From positions 352,001 through 416,000 of the forward strand of contig JASGHJ010000002.1 of the NCBI GenBank assembly GCA_047602405.1: DNA of 64,000 nucleotides, read 5' to 3'. Every line of letters begins with the position of its first letter. Positions within the stretch are counted from its first letter, which is position 1. Shown in pieces: positions 1 through 9,205 of the stretch. The DNA comes from Anaeromyxobacteraceae bacterium (GTDB lineage Bacteria > Myxococcota > Myxococcia > Myxococcales > Anaeromyxobacteraceae). The notes below the pieces were generated by a model that had not been told where the DNA came from, did not search any database, and saw nothing but the letters and a program-made list of their open reading frames with translations. The translations under genes and the position numbers were made by a program.

Positions 1-657
1 GCAGGCGTCGAACTGGCGCAGCGCCTCGGCGCGACGCCCGGCCTCGGCGAGCAGGCGGACGAGGTGGAGGTGCCCCTCCTCGATGGACGGGTCGGCCGCG
101 AGCAGGCGGCGCAGGAGCGGGAGCGCCACCGGATCGCCGCGCTCGGCGGCGGCCCGGGCGAGCGGCAGGGCCGCCTCGGCGAAGCGCCCGCGCAGCTGCG
201 CCCTGCGGCGGGCGAGCCAGTCCGCGTCGGCGTCGTCCGGGCAGAGGTCGCCGCGGTAGAGGGCGACCGCCGTCCCGAGCGCGTCGGGCGAGCCGTCCGC
301 GGCGGCGGCCTCGAACGCGTCGACGTCGAGCCAGGCCTCCGGGACGAGCGCGACCTTCCCGCGCTCGATGTCGACGTGGCGGCCGCCGAGGATCTGGCGG
401 AGGTCGTAGAGCGCGCGGTGCAGGTTGTTCGCGCCGGAGCCGGGATCCTTGTCGGGCCAGAGCGCGTCGACGACCGCCTCGCGGCCCAGGCTGCGCCCGG
501 GGGCGAGCGCGACGAGCTTCAGGAGATCGGCCGGGCGGCGGCGGCGCCAGGCCGAGGCCGGCACGGGCGCGCCGGCCCGGACCACCTCGAACCGGCCGAG
601 GAGGTGGATCCGCAGCCCGTCGCGCTCGCCGGGCAGCCTGCTGCCTTCGCCCTCCAT
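1..657 (-). CDS. SARP/BTAD-type transcriptional activator (runs off the window edge)
   Basis: Manual translation from ATG at 657: MEGEGSRLPGERDGLRIHLLGRFEV...ADLLKLVALAPGRSLGREAVVDALWP...NNLHRALYDLRQIL...LDVDAFE...AVALYRGDL...GRRAEALRQFDAC. This matches an OmpR-like wHTH plus BTAD pattern. It is not in the ORF track because the stop lies outside the window. Confidence 0.85.
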   Translation of the reverse strand, partial: MEGEGSRLPGERDGLRIHLLGRFEVVRAGAPVPASAWRRRRPADLLKLVALAPGRSLGREAVVDALWPDKDPGSGANNLHRALYDLRQILGGRHVDIERGKVALVPEAWLDVDAFEAAAADGSPDALGTAVALYRGDLCPDDADADWLARRRAQLRGRFAEAALPLARAAAERGDPVALPLLRRLLAADPSIEEGHLHLVRLLAEAGRRAEALRQFDAC

Positions 658-733
658 CCTCGTCGATTCCCCCGTCTCGTACCCCTACCAGAACTCCGGA
701 TCCCGACCTTGATCCCGGGCTACATTCCCGGGC

Positions 734-2479
734 ATGCGCCATCGTGTCCGCATGCCGGAGCCGCATTCGCATCTCTTTCACCTGGAGTTCGAGGTCGACC
801 GTCCGGGTGAGACCCTCGAGCTCGCGTTTCCGGTGTGGACGCCCGGCAGCTACCTGGTGCGCGAATTCGCGCGCCACGTGGAGGGGCTCGCCGCCTCCGA
901 CGGACAGGGGCGCGCACTCGCCGTCCACAGGCTGGACAAGCGCCGACTGCGGGTGGACTCGGCCGGCGCCGCGCGCGTGGTGGTGAGCTTCCGCGTCTAC
1001 GCGAACGAGCTCACCGTGCGGACCTGTCACCTCGACGGGACGCACGGGTACCTGAACGGCGCGGCGGTGTTCCCCTACGTTCCGGGCCGGGAGCGCGAGC
1101 CGCAGGAGCTCCACGTGGAGCCGCCCGAGGGCTGGAAGGTCTCGACCGCGCTCGCGGGCGGGCCGACCCGGTTCACCGCCCGCGACTACGACGAGCTCGT
1201 GGACTCGCCCCTCGAGATCGGCACCCACCGGCTCGTGCCGTTCACGGCGATGGGCAAGCCGCACGAGCTCGCGATCTGGGGCCGGGGCAACCTCGACGAG
1301 GGGCGGCTCGCCGACGACGCGGCCCGCATCGTCGAGGAGCACGGGCGGATGTTCGGGGGGCTCCCGTACGACCGCTACCTCTTCATCGTGCACCTCGTGG
1401 ACAAGCGGCGCGGCGGGCTCGAGCACGCCGCCTCGACGACGCTCTCCATCGGCCGCCACCAGTTCTTCCCGAAGGACGCCTACGAGGAGACCCTCGGGCT
1501 CGTCTCGCACGAGTTCTTCCACGTCTGGAACGTGAAGAAGCTCCGCCCGGCCGCGTTCGTGCCCTTCGACTACGGGCAGGAGCAGTACACGCGGCTCCTC
1601 TGGTGGTTCGAGGGGGCGACCTCCTACTACGAAGGGCTCGCGCTCGTGCGGGCGGGGCTCGTGCCGGTGCGCTCCCACCTCAGGAACCTCGGCCAGGCGC
1701 TCACGGCGCTCGAGCGGACGCCCGGCGCGCGGAAGATGTCGGTCGAGGAGGCGAGCTTCCTCGCCTGGGTGAAGCACTACCGGCCGGACGAGAACGGCGT
1801 GAACAGCGCCATCTCGTACTACCTCAAGGGCGAGATCGTGGCCTTCGCGCTCGACCTCCTCCTGCGCCGCCACGGCGCGTCGCTCGACGACGTGCTGCGC
1901 GCGCTCCTGAAGCGGTACGAGGCGACGGGCGTGCCGGAGGACGGCGTCGAGGCGGAGGTCGCCCGGCTCGCCGGTGCCGAGGAGGCCCGCGTGTTCTTCG
2001 ACCGGTGGGTGCGCGGCACCGAGCGGGCGCGGCCGGACGTCGAGACCGTCGGGCTCGTCATGCACCGGCGCGCGCCGCACGGGCTCGAGGACAAGGGCGG
2101 CACGGCGGGGAAGCGGGACGAGGCCGACGCGCCGCGGCCGGGCTGGCTCGGGGTGGACCTCGCCGCCGGGCCGAAGCTCGTGGTGCAGCAGGTGCGGGAG
2201 GGGTCGCCGGCGCACCGGGCCGGGCTCTACGCCGAGGACGAGCTCGTCGCCGAGAGCGGGTTCCGGCTCGACCGGGCCAGCCTGTGGGACAGGCTCTGCC
2301 AGCGCGGGCCGGGCGGGACGCTCTGGCTCACCGTGTTCCGGCGGGACGAGCTCGTCGAGGTTGTGCTGCCCCTCGGGGCGCCGCCGGAGGACACGCTCTG
2401 GCTCGAGCCGGCGCCGTTCGCGTCCGAGCTCGACCGGGAGTCGTTCAGGAGCTGGTGCGGGCAGGCGATGCCCGAGTAG
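734..2479 (+). CDS. M61 family (glycyl) aminopeptidase with C-terminal PDZ domain
   Basis: PVWTPGSY, GGLEH, HEFFH (HExxH), WWFEG and SYYLKG motifs; PDZ-like GSPAHRAGL. Confidence 0.92.
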   Translation: MRHRVRMPEPHSHLFHLEFEVDRPGETLELAFPVWTPGSYLVREFARHVEGLAASDGQGRALAVHRLDKRRLRVDSAGAARVVVSFRVYANELTVRTCHLDGTHGYLNGAAVFPYVPGREREPQELHVEPPEGWKVSTALAGGPTRFTARDYDELVDSPLEIGTHRLVPFTAMGKPHELAIWGRGNLDEGRLADDAARIVEEHGRMFGGLPYDRYLFIVHLVDKRRGGLEHAASTTLSIGRHQFFPKDAYEETLGLVSHEFFHVWNVKKLRPAAFVPFDYGQEQYTRLLWWFEGATSYYEGLALVRAGLVPVRSHLRNLGQALTALERTPGARKMSVEEASFLAWVKHYRPDENGVNSAISYYLKGEIVAFALDLLLRRHGASLDDVLRALLKRYEATGVPEDGVEAEVARLAGAEEARVFFDRWVRGTERARPDVETVGLVMHRRAPHGLEDKGGTAGKRDEADAPRPGWLGVDLAAGPKLVVQQVREGSPAHRAGLYAEDELVAESGFRLDRASLWDRLCQRGPGGTLWLTVFRRDELVEVVLPLGAPPEDTLWLEPAPFASELDRESFRSWCGQAMPE

Positions 2480-2482
2480 GCC

Positions 2483-3352
2483 TCAGCCCGCGGTGCCGTG
2501 CCCGGCGCCGCGGGTGTAATCGAACTCCGACCCGAAGATGCTGTGCGGGATGAAGTAGACGAGCAGCATCACGGCCGCCGCGGTCAGGACCGCGGCGCGC
2601 GCGCGGGCGGGGTACCGCGCGGCGACGACGGCCGCCGCCACCCAGGCCAGGAGCTCGACGACCACCTTGTTGTCGGTCCAGTCGTGCCCGAAGGGCCACC
2701 CCGACCAGAGCACGCCGAACGCGAACTGCTGCATCGCGGGGCCGAGCACGAACGCGCCCAGGAAGAAGGAGGCGATCGTCGCGCGCAGGAGGCCCGTGAC
2801 CTCGCGGCCGCGCAGGGCCTCGATCGCCGTGCGCAGGCCGAACGTGAGCGACAGGAAGATGACGAGCACGTGCACGAGTACGAGCAGGCGCGGCACGGGC
2901 GCCTTGTAGCGCGCGTACACCGGCTGCTCGCCGGTGATCGACCGCCAGCCGGTCCCGTCCTCGAGGTCGACGAGGAACTCGTACTTCCCGGCCCGCTCGG
3001 ACAGCGAGGGCAGGGTGGCGCCGAGGCCCTTCACCTCCTCGGTCACCCCGCGGCGGGAGAGGCGGAACGTCCCGGGCGCGAAGGCCTGGGTGGACCAGCC
3101 GTCGTGCGACCGGTAGCGGCGGTAGCGGACCTGCGCGGCGAGGCCGGCGGGGACCGGGCCGGGCAGGACGAGGGCGAGGTCGTTCCCGATCTCCTCCGAG
3201 CGCAGGAGCTTGAACGCCACCGGGCCGCGGGCGGTCTCGACCCGCCCCTCGAGCGGATAGGTCGGGCCGGTCCGGTTCTGGAAGGCGAAGCAGAGGACGC
3301 TCAGGGCGGCCGCGGCGGCCCAGGCGAGGGCGGAGGAGGCCTTGGGTGTCAC
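2483..3352 (-). CDS. Hypothetical membrane protein
   Basis: 289-aa ORF with an N-terminal hydrophobic segment and about 4 C-terminal TM helices; fills the gap between flanking genes. Confidence 0.7.
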   Translation of the reverse strand: MTPKASSALAWAAAAALSVLCFAFQNRTGPTYPLEGRVETARGPVAFKLLRSEEIGNDLALVLPGPVPAGLAAQVRYRRYRSHDGWSTQAFAPGTFRLSRRGVTEEVKGLGATLPSLSERAGKYEFLVDLEDGTGWRSITGEQPVYARYKAPVPRLLVLVHVLVIFLSLTFGLRTAIEALRGREVTGLLRATIASFFLGAFVLGPAMQQFAFGVLWSGWPFGHDWTDNKVVVELLAWVAAAVVAARYPARARAAVLTAAAVMLLVYFIPHSIFGSEFDYTRGAGHGTAG

Positions 3353-3426
3353 GCGGCCACGCTACCACGCCAGGTCGTCTCGGGCCGCGACCGCCAGGCC
3401 CGTCCCGCGCTATAACCCCCGGCGCC

Positions 3427-4746
3427 ATGCCCTTCGAGCCCAAGGCCCACGCCGACCGCCGCGCCCGGATCCTCGCCGAGATGGAGCGCCGGGGCGGCGG
3501 CGTCATGATCCTGCCCGCCGCCGTCGAGCAGCCGCGCAACGCCGACAGCGAGTTCCTGTTCCGCCAGGACTCCGACCACGCCTACGTGACAGGGCTCGAC
3601 GAGCCGGAGGGCGCGGCGGTCCTCGTCGCCCTCGGTGGCGAGCGCAAGTTCGTGCTGTTCGTCCGGCCGCGCGACAAGGAGAAGGAGATCTGGAACGGGA
3701 AGCGCGCCGGGGTGGAGGGCGCGAAGGAGCGGTTCGGCGCCGACGAGGCGTACGTGCCGGCCGAGCTCGAGGCGAAGCTGACCGAGTGGCTGAACGGCGC
3801 GCCGACGCTCTGGTACAAGCTCGGCTTCTCGCAGGAGTGGGACGCCCGGGTGGTGGGGATCCTCGCGAACCTGCGCGCGGGCGGGCGGCTCATGAAGCGC
3901 GCGCCGGGCGCGGTCGTCGACCCGGGGCGGATCGTGCACGAGCTCAGGCTCGTGAAGACGCCGGAGGAGCTCACCCGGCTGCGCCGCGCCGCCGAGATCA
4001 CGGCCGAGGCGCACATGCAGGCGATGCGCGACGGCCAGGCCGGGCGCCGCGAGGGCCAGGTGCAGGCGGAGATCGAGTACCTGTTCCGGCGCCGCGGCTG
4101 CACCGGCCCGGGCTACGGCACCATCGTCGCCGCCGGCGCGAACTCGACCATCCTGCACTACCGCGCGGGCGACGAGGTGCTGCAGGACGGCCAGGTCTGC
4201 CTCGTGGACGCCGGCGGCGAGTACGAGTGGTACACGGCGGACATCACCCGCACCTTCCCGGTCTCGGGCGAGTTCAGCCCCGCGCAGCGCGAGCTCTACG
4301 AGGCGTGCCTCGAGGTGCAGAAGCAGGCCATCGAGGCCGTGAAGCCTGGCGCCACCATCGACGGCATCCACGAGGGCGTCGTGCGCGGGCTCACCGAGGC
4401 GCTCGTGAAGCTGAAGCTCCTCGAGGGCCCGGTGGACGCGCGCATCGAGGACAAGGCGTTCCGCCGCTACTACATGCACCGGACCAGCCACTGGCTCGGC
4501 CTGGACGTGCACGACGCCGGCGACTACCACGTGGACGGGAAGTCCCGCCCGCTCGTGCCCGGCATGGTGATCACCATCGAGCCCGGCCTCTACGTGGCCG
4601 AGGACGACGAGCGCGCGCCGAAGGAGCTCCGCGGCGTGGGCATCCGCATCGAGGACGACGTCCTCGTCACCGCGGACGGCCAGGAGAACCTGACCGCCGC
4701 GGCGCCGAAGGAGGTCGACGAGATCGAGGCGGTGTGCGTGCGGTGA
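3427..4746 (+). CDS. pepP: Xaa-Pro aminopeptidase (M24B)
   Basis: FRQDSD, ILHY, DAGGE..YTADITRTFP, HWLGLDVHD, TIEPGLY and GIRIEDD motifs; ATG at 3427 chosen over the upstream start. Confidence 0.93.
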   Translation: MPFEPKAHADRRARILAEMERRGGGVMILPAAVEQPRNADSEFLFRQDSDHAYVTGLDEPEGAAVLVALGGERKFVLFVRPRDKEKEIWNGKRAGVEGAKERFGADEAYVPAELEAKLTEWLNGAPTLWYKLGFSQEWDARVVGILANLRAGGRLMKRAPGAVVDPGRIVHELRLVKTPEELTRLRRAAEITAEAHMQAMRDGQAGRREGQVQAEIEYLFRRRGCTGPGYGTIVAAGANSTILHYRAGDEVLQDGQVCLVDAGGEYEWYTADITRTFPVSGEFSPAQRELYEACLEVQKQAIEAVKPGATIDGIHEGVVRGLTEALVKLKLLEGPVDARIEDKAFRRYYMHRTSHWLGLDVHDAGDYHVDGKSRPLVPGMVITIEPGLYVAEDDERAPKELRGVGIRIEDDVLVTADGQENLTAAAPKEVDEIEAVCVR

Positions 4747-4753
4747 GCCGCCG

Positions 4754-7700
4754 TCAGGGCCGCCGGTAGCGCACCGTCACCGCGACCGCGTCGGTCGCGA
4801 TCTGGGCGGCGGTGACGCCCGACGACGTGCCGCGCGGGAGGACCTGGAACGACAGCTCTCGCGCGGCGCCGTGGAAGAGGAGCGCGGCGGGGAGGGGCGA
4901 GGCCGGAGTCCAGGTCCAGGTGGTGCGCGCGGGCGCGGCCGCGGTGGCGCCGTTCGTGCCGAGGTCCTGCCAGCCCCCCGTCCAGCCCTGCAGCGCCACC
5001 CCGTTCGGTCCGGCGGGCGAGGTCGCGCCGGTCGTCCAGGAGAGATCGATCTGCTGGATGGGGCAGGCGGCCGCGTTCGACACGCAGACCGCCGGGTCGG
5101 GCCCGCCGGCGCGGGAGAAGTCGGCGGTGAAGAGCTGGGCCGGCGAGCCCTTCGCCGGCGACTCCCAGGTCCACGGGGAGGCCTCGACGAACACCGCCTG
5201 CCCGGTGCCGGCGTCGAAGGCGACCACCGGGGTCGCGGGCGTCGCGCCGCCGAGGGGGTTCGCGGAGGTGAGGGGCACGAGGCGGTTCCCGGCAAGGTCC
5301 ACCGCGAACGCGCCGCCGTTGTCGTGGAGCACCGGGGCGCCGAGGGTGGTGTCCCAGAAGAACGCCATCAGCGACGAGGGCTGCGGGCCCGTGAGCGTGT
5401 GCTTTGCCCAGCTCGTCGTGGCCCGCCGCCACTCCCAGACGACGTACGGTCCCGAGGAGAAGTTGGCCGAGTCGTCGAGGAGGAGCAGCGTGGAGAGCGC
5501 GGTGCTCCAGACCACGTGGTCCCGGCACTTGCAGGGCGGCACGACGGCGTTCACGGTGGCCGAGGGCGTGCCGTCGCCCTCCGGGTCGTTCCAGGTCGGG
5601 CCGCCGCCGGTCGAGAGCGCCCAGGTGGCGCCGGTCCATTCCCAGACGTCGAGCGTGCACTGCTGGTGAGCGCTCGTGTCGAAGTAGGAGTCGTAGCCGC
5701 CCACGCGGTAGAGCTTGTTCCCGACGGTGTCGGTCGCCGTGCCGGCCTCGGTCCGGAACTTGCCCGCAGCGCCGAAGGCGCCGACCGGGTGCGAGGCGGC
5801 CTCGAGGAGCGACCAGGCGGCGCCGTTCCAGCGGTACGTGTCGCCGAGCGCGACGTTCAGCGCGTTGCCGCCGAAGAGGAGCACGTCCGACCCGAGCGCG
5901 CCGATGGCGCTGCCGCTCCCCGCGGCGTTGGCACCGCCGCTGGCCCGGTGGGCCCAGGACACGCGATCCCACTCCCAGGTCTCGAGCGTGTTGCCCTGCT
6001 GCGGGAAGACCACGCGGCCCCGGCCCGGCACGTAGACCGGGGTGGAGGTGCGGGAGAGGACCGAGGGGTTGCCGTCCGCCTCGGGGTCGCCGGGGGCGAG
6101 CGAGGCGTACGCCGCGCCGTCCCACGCACGCAGGGTGGAGGGGACCGCGGTGTCGCCGAACATCACGACGCGCTTCGAGCTCGCGTCGTAGGCGGCGGCG
6201 TGCTGGCGCAGGTCGAGCGCGCCGGGCGTGACGTCGAACCACGTCGGCACGCCGGCGATCCGGCGGAGCACCCAGGTCTTGCCGTCCACCGTGGCGGAGA
6301 GCTCCGGGCGGCCGGACTGCAGGAACAGCTCCTTCCTGCCCGGGTCCCAGGTCCAGGCGTAGTCACTCCGCGGGAAAGGCGTCGCGGCCCCGGCGGTCGC
6401 GACCGGGTTCCAGGTGGCGCCGTCGTAGCACCACAGATCGCCGAGGTAGGTCCCGGCCTGGGTCCGCCCGCCGTAGAGGCAGGTCTGGTTCACGTCGGTG
6501 TCGAAGTACAGCGCCGAGAACTGCCGCACCGGGGACGGGCTCTGCGGCGGCGAGACCGTCTTCCACGCCGTGCCGTTCCACTCGTAGGTTCCGCCGTTCG
6601 TGCCGTAGAGCACGAGCACGGCGCGCTTCGCGTCCCAGGCGTGGATGCCGGCGACCGCGGGCCCCGCGCCGAGGTTCCTCCAGCTCGTCCCGTTCCAGAG
6701 CCAGAGGGCGCCGGTGTACGCGAGGAGCCCGCCGCGGATCGGGTCGAACACGAGGGGGCCGAAGTAGTTCTTGCTCAGGTTGCCGTCGCCCTCCGGGTCG
6801 GTCGGGAGCACCTCCCGCCAGATGGCGCCGTTCCACTCCCAGAGGTCACCCGGGAAGGTGGTGTTCGCGAGCAGGCCGTTCGCGACGACGACGACCCCGC
6901 GGGCGGGGTCCGCGCCCATCGCGTACAGGACGCGGGCGCCCGGGTCGATCGCGCCGGCGGTGGGCCGCCAGAGGGCGGACGCGGTCGTCACGAGGCTCGC
7001 GGCGTCGCCGGCCACGCCGACGGCCGCCCCCGAGGCCTGCACCGCGTCGAGCTGCGCGAGCGCGCCCAGCGTGCGCGTGCGCGCCTCCAGCCGGTGCGGG
7101 TTCTCGAAGGTGGAGCCGGGGACCTTGCCGGCGAGCGCCGCGGTCCAGGCGACGTCGACGACGCGCGTGCGCGGGCTCTCGTTGCCGGCCTTGTCGAGCG
7201 TGGACACGTAGAGCTCCGCCGGGTCCGAGCCGAGCTGCAGGGTGAACGGGCCCTGGGCCGCCGACGGCGCGTGGCGGCCGACCTCCTTCGCGCCCGCCGT
7301 CGGGCCGTCCCAGGCGATCATCGCGATCGCGTCGGTGCCGGTGGACGCGAGCGAGGCGTCGAGCTGCAGGACCGGCGTCGGGTCGGCGTCCGTGCCCCAG
7401 GGCCAGCGGGTCCAGAGGACGCCGGGCGTGGCCGCGGCGCCCGGGTCGGGCGCGGGCGGCGGCGTGCCGTCCACGTTGACCGTGGCGAGCGCCTGGGGCG
7501 TCGCGTGGGAGTTCCCCGCCGCGTCCGTCCCCGTCCAGGTCACGTTCCACGTGGCCGCCGGGTACGCCGTGGCGTCGGGCCCGAGCGTGAACGTGAAGGA
7601 CGTCTTCGCCGCGTTCGAGCTGGTCAGGGAGAGGGCGCGGCTCGGGTTGCCGCCGGGTGCGGCCGCGGTCACGACCGGCGTGCCGGACAGCGGCTCGTCG

Positions 7701-9202
7701 GTGAGCAGGGCGATCTCCCAGGACGAGCCGGTGCCCACCGCCTGGACGTTCACGTTGCGGGTGGAGGCGGAGCCGAGGTAGCGGGCCGCGGGTGCGCTCG
7801 CGAGACCGGGCGGCGTGAAGTCGAGGACGAGCGGCGCAGAGGCCGTGCCGACGTTGCCGGCCAGGTCGGCGGCGCTGATGGAGACGTTGGCGCCGCCCTC
7901 CGGGTAGGTGCCGAGCACCGGGCCCGTCGAGGTGCAGGTGTAGACGAGGCCCGCGGGCGCCGCGCAGGAGAAGGCGAGCGTGGCTACGCCGACGTCGAGC
8001 TTCACCGAGGGGGCCGAGGCCGGGGCCTCGCCGAGGGTGAACGTGACCGCCACGGTGTCGCCGGCCTTGTAGAGCCGGTTCGCCTTCGTGACCGCGGCGC
8101 CGGTGATCGCGGGCGGGGTCGAGTCGACCGCGAAGGTGCCGAGCGTCTTCCCGGCGGCGGGGTTCCCGGCGGGATCCGCGGCGGAGACGAGCGTCACCGC
8201 GTAGGTCGCGTTCGCCGCGCCCGCGGGGACGTCGTAGGAGAGGGCGTACGTGCCGTCGTTGATCTTGCCGACGGTGGGCGCGACGGTGGCGCCGCCGCCG
8301 GCGGGCACGAGCGAGACCACCGGCGCCGCGCCGAGCGCCTCGGAGAACTGGACCGAGCCGAGGAAGGTCGTGCCCGGGCGCACCGCGGGGGTCGCCACCG
8401 CCGAGTCCACGACCGTGGGCACGGTGAAGTCGAAGGTGACCCCGCCGGCGAGCGTCGACTCGAGCACGTTGCCCGCGAGGTCCGTGGCCGCGAGGGCGAA
8501 CTTCACGTCTCCCGACTCGGGCTCGGAGCCGTCGAGCGTCCGCGAGAACCTCCACTGGGTGCCGCTCCCGCCGACCGGGGCGACCGCGAAGGTCTTCCCG
8601 CCCGCGGCGAGCGTGGGCGAGGCCGTCACCGCCTCGTCGAAGGTGACCGTCACGTCGAACGCGGTGCCCTTCCGCGCGTGGAGGGTGCCGAAATCCGTCG
8701 CGACGGCGCCGGGCGCCGTGAGGTCGAGCTCGAACGTGCCGACGAGCTGGTCGGCGGCCTCGTTGCCGTAGAGGTCGACGAGCGTGGCGAGGACGGTCTT
8801 CGGGCCGGCGCCGAGGTCGGAGGTCACCGAGAACTGCACCGTGTAGTCGCGCCCGACGCCGTCCGCCCTGTTGAGGGGCACGCTCGAGCCCTGGAGGTGC
8901 ACGAACGGCTCGCTCGAGAGGTCCTCGCTCGCGGTGAAGGTCACGGTGACGGTGTCGCCGGCGTGGACGCGCGCCGGGCCGACCTGTGGGCCGACGAGCG
9001 CCGGCGCGGTCTGGTCCGCGCCTCCCTTCTCGACGCAGCGGTCGAGCACCTGCGAGCAGAAGAAGCCGCTCGGGCAGTCGCCGTCGGTCGCGCAGGTCAC
9101 CTTCGCGCCCGGCGGGAGCGGGTCGATTGCCGCGGAGCAGGCGGCGAGGAGCGCGGCAACCACGAGGACCGCGAGGCGAGGCGTGCGAGCGTGGGCGGGC
9201 AT
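4754..9202 (-). CDS. Giant surface lipoprotein: Cys-rich tip, Ig-like repeats, Kelch-like beta-propeller (paralog B)
   Basis: 1482 aa; lipobox LLAAC; CATDGDCPSGFFCSQVLDRC; repeated D-x-A-G-N Ig-like strands; repeated (L/T)WEW(N/D)G..W Kelch-like blades. Confidence 0.85.
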   Translation of the reverse strand: MPAHARTPRLAVLVVAALLAACSAAIDPLPPGAKVTCATDGDCPSGFFCSQVLDRCVEKGGADQTAPALVGPQVGPARVHAGDTVTVTFTASEDLSSEPFVHLQGSSVPLNRADGVGRDYTVQFSVTSDLGAGPKTVLATLVDLYGNEAADQLVGTFELDLTAPGAVATDFGTLHARKGTAFDVTVTFDEAVTASPTLAAGGKTFAVAPVGGSGTQWRFSRTLDGSEPESGDVKFALAATDLAGNVLESTLAGGVTFDFTVPTVVDSAVATPAVRPGTTFLGSVQFSEALGAAPVVSLVPAGGGATVAPTVGKINDGTYALSYDVPAGAANATYAVTLVSAADPAGNPAAGKTLGTFAVDSTPPAITGAAVTKANRLYKAGDTVAVTFTLGEAPASAPSVKLDVGVATLAFSCAAPAGLVYTCTSTGPVLGTYPEGGANVSISAADLAGNVGTASAPLVLDFTPPGLASAPAARYLGSASTRNVNVQAVGTGSSWEIALLTDEPLSGTPVVTAAAPGGNPSRALSLTSSNAAKTSFTFTLGPDATAYPAATWNVTWTGTDAAGNSHATPQALATVNVDGTPPPAPDPGAAATPGVLWTRWPWGTDADPTPVLQLDASLASTGTDAIAMIAWDGPTAGAKEVGRHAPSAAQGPFTLQLGSDPAELYVSTLDKAGNESPRTRVVDVAWTAALAGKVPGSTFENPHRLEARTRTLGALAQLDAVQASGAAVGVAGDAASLVTTASALWRPTAGAIDPGARVLYAMGADPARGVVVVANGLLANTTFPGDLWEWNGAIWREVLPTDPEGDGNLSKNYFGPLVFDPIRGGLLAYTGALWLWNGTSWRNLGAGPAVAGIHAWDAKRAVLVLYGTNGGTYEWNGTAWKTVSPPQSPSPVRQFSALYFDTDVNQTCLYGGRTQAGTYLGDLWCYDGATWNPVATAGAATPFPRSDYAWTWDPGRKELFLQSGRPELSATVDGKTWVLRRIAGVPTWFDVTPGALDLRQHAAAYDASSKRVVMFGDTAVPSTLRAWDGAAYASLAPGDPEADGNPSVLSRTSTPVYVPGRGRVVFPQQGNTLETWEWDRVSWAHRASGGANAAGSGSAIGALGSDVLLFGGNALNVALGDTYRWNGAAWSLLEAASHPVGAFGAAGKFRTEAGTATDTVGNKLYRVGGYDSYFDTSAHQQCTLDVWEWTGATWALSTGGGPTWNDPEGDGTPSATVNAVVPPCKCRDHVVWSTALSTLLLLDDSANFSSGPYVVWEWRRATTSWAKHTLTGPQPSSLMAFFWDTTLGAPVLHDNGGAFAVDLAGNRLVPLTSANPLGGATPATPVVAFDAGTGQAVFVEASPWTWESPAKGSPAQLFTADFSRAGGPDPAVCVSNAAACPIQQIDLSWTTGATSPAGPNGVALQGWTGGWQDLGTNGATAAAPARTTWTWTPASPLPAALLFHGAARELSFQVLPRGTSSGVTAAQIATDAVAVTVRYRRP

Positions 9203-9205
9203 CGG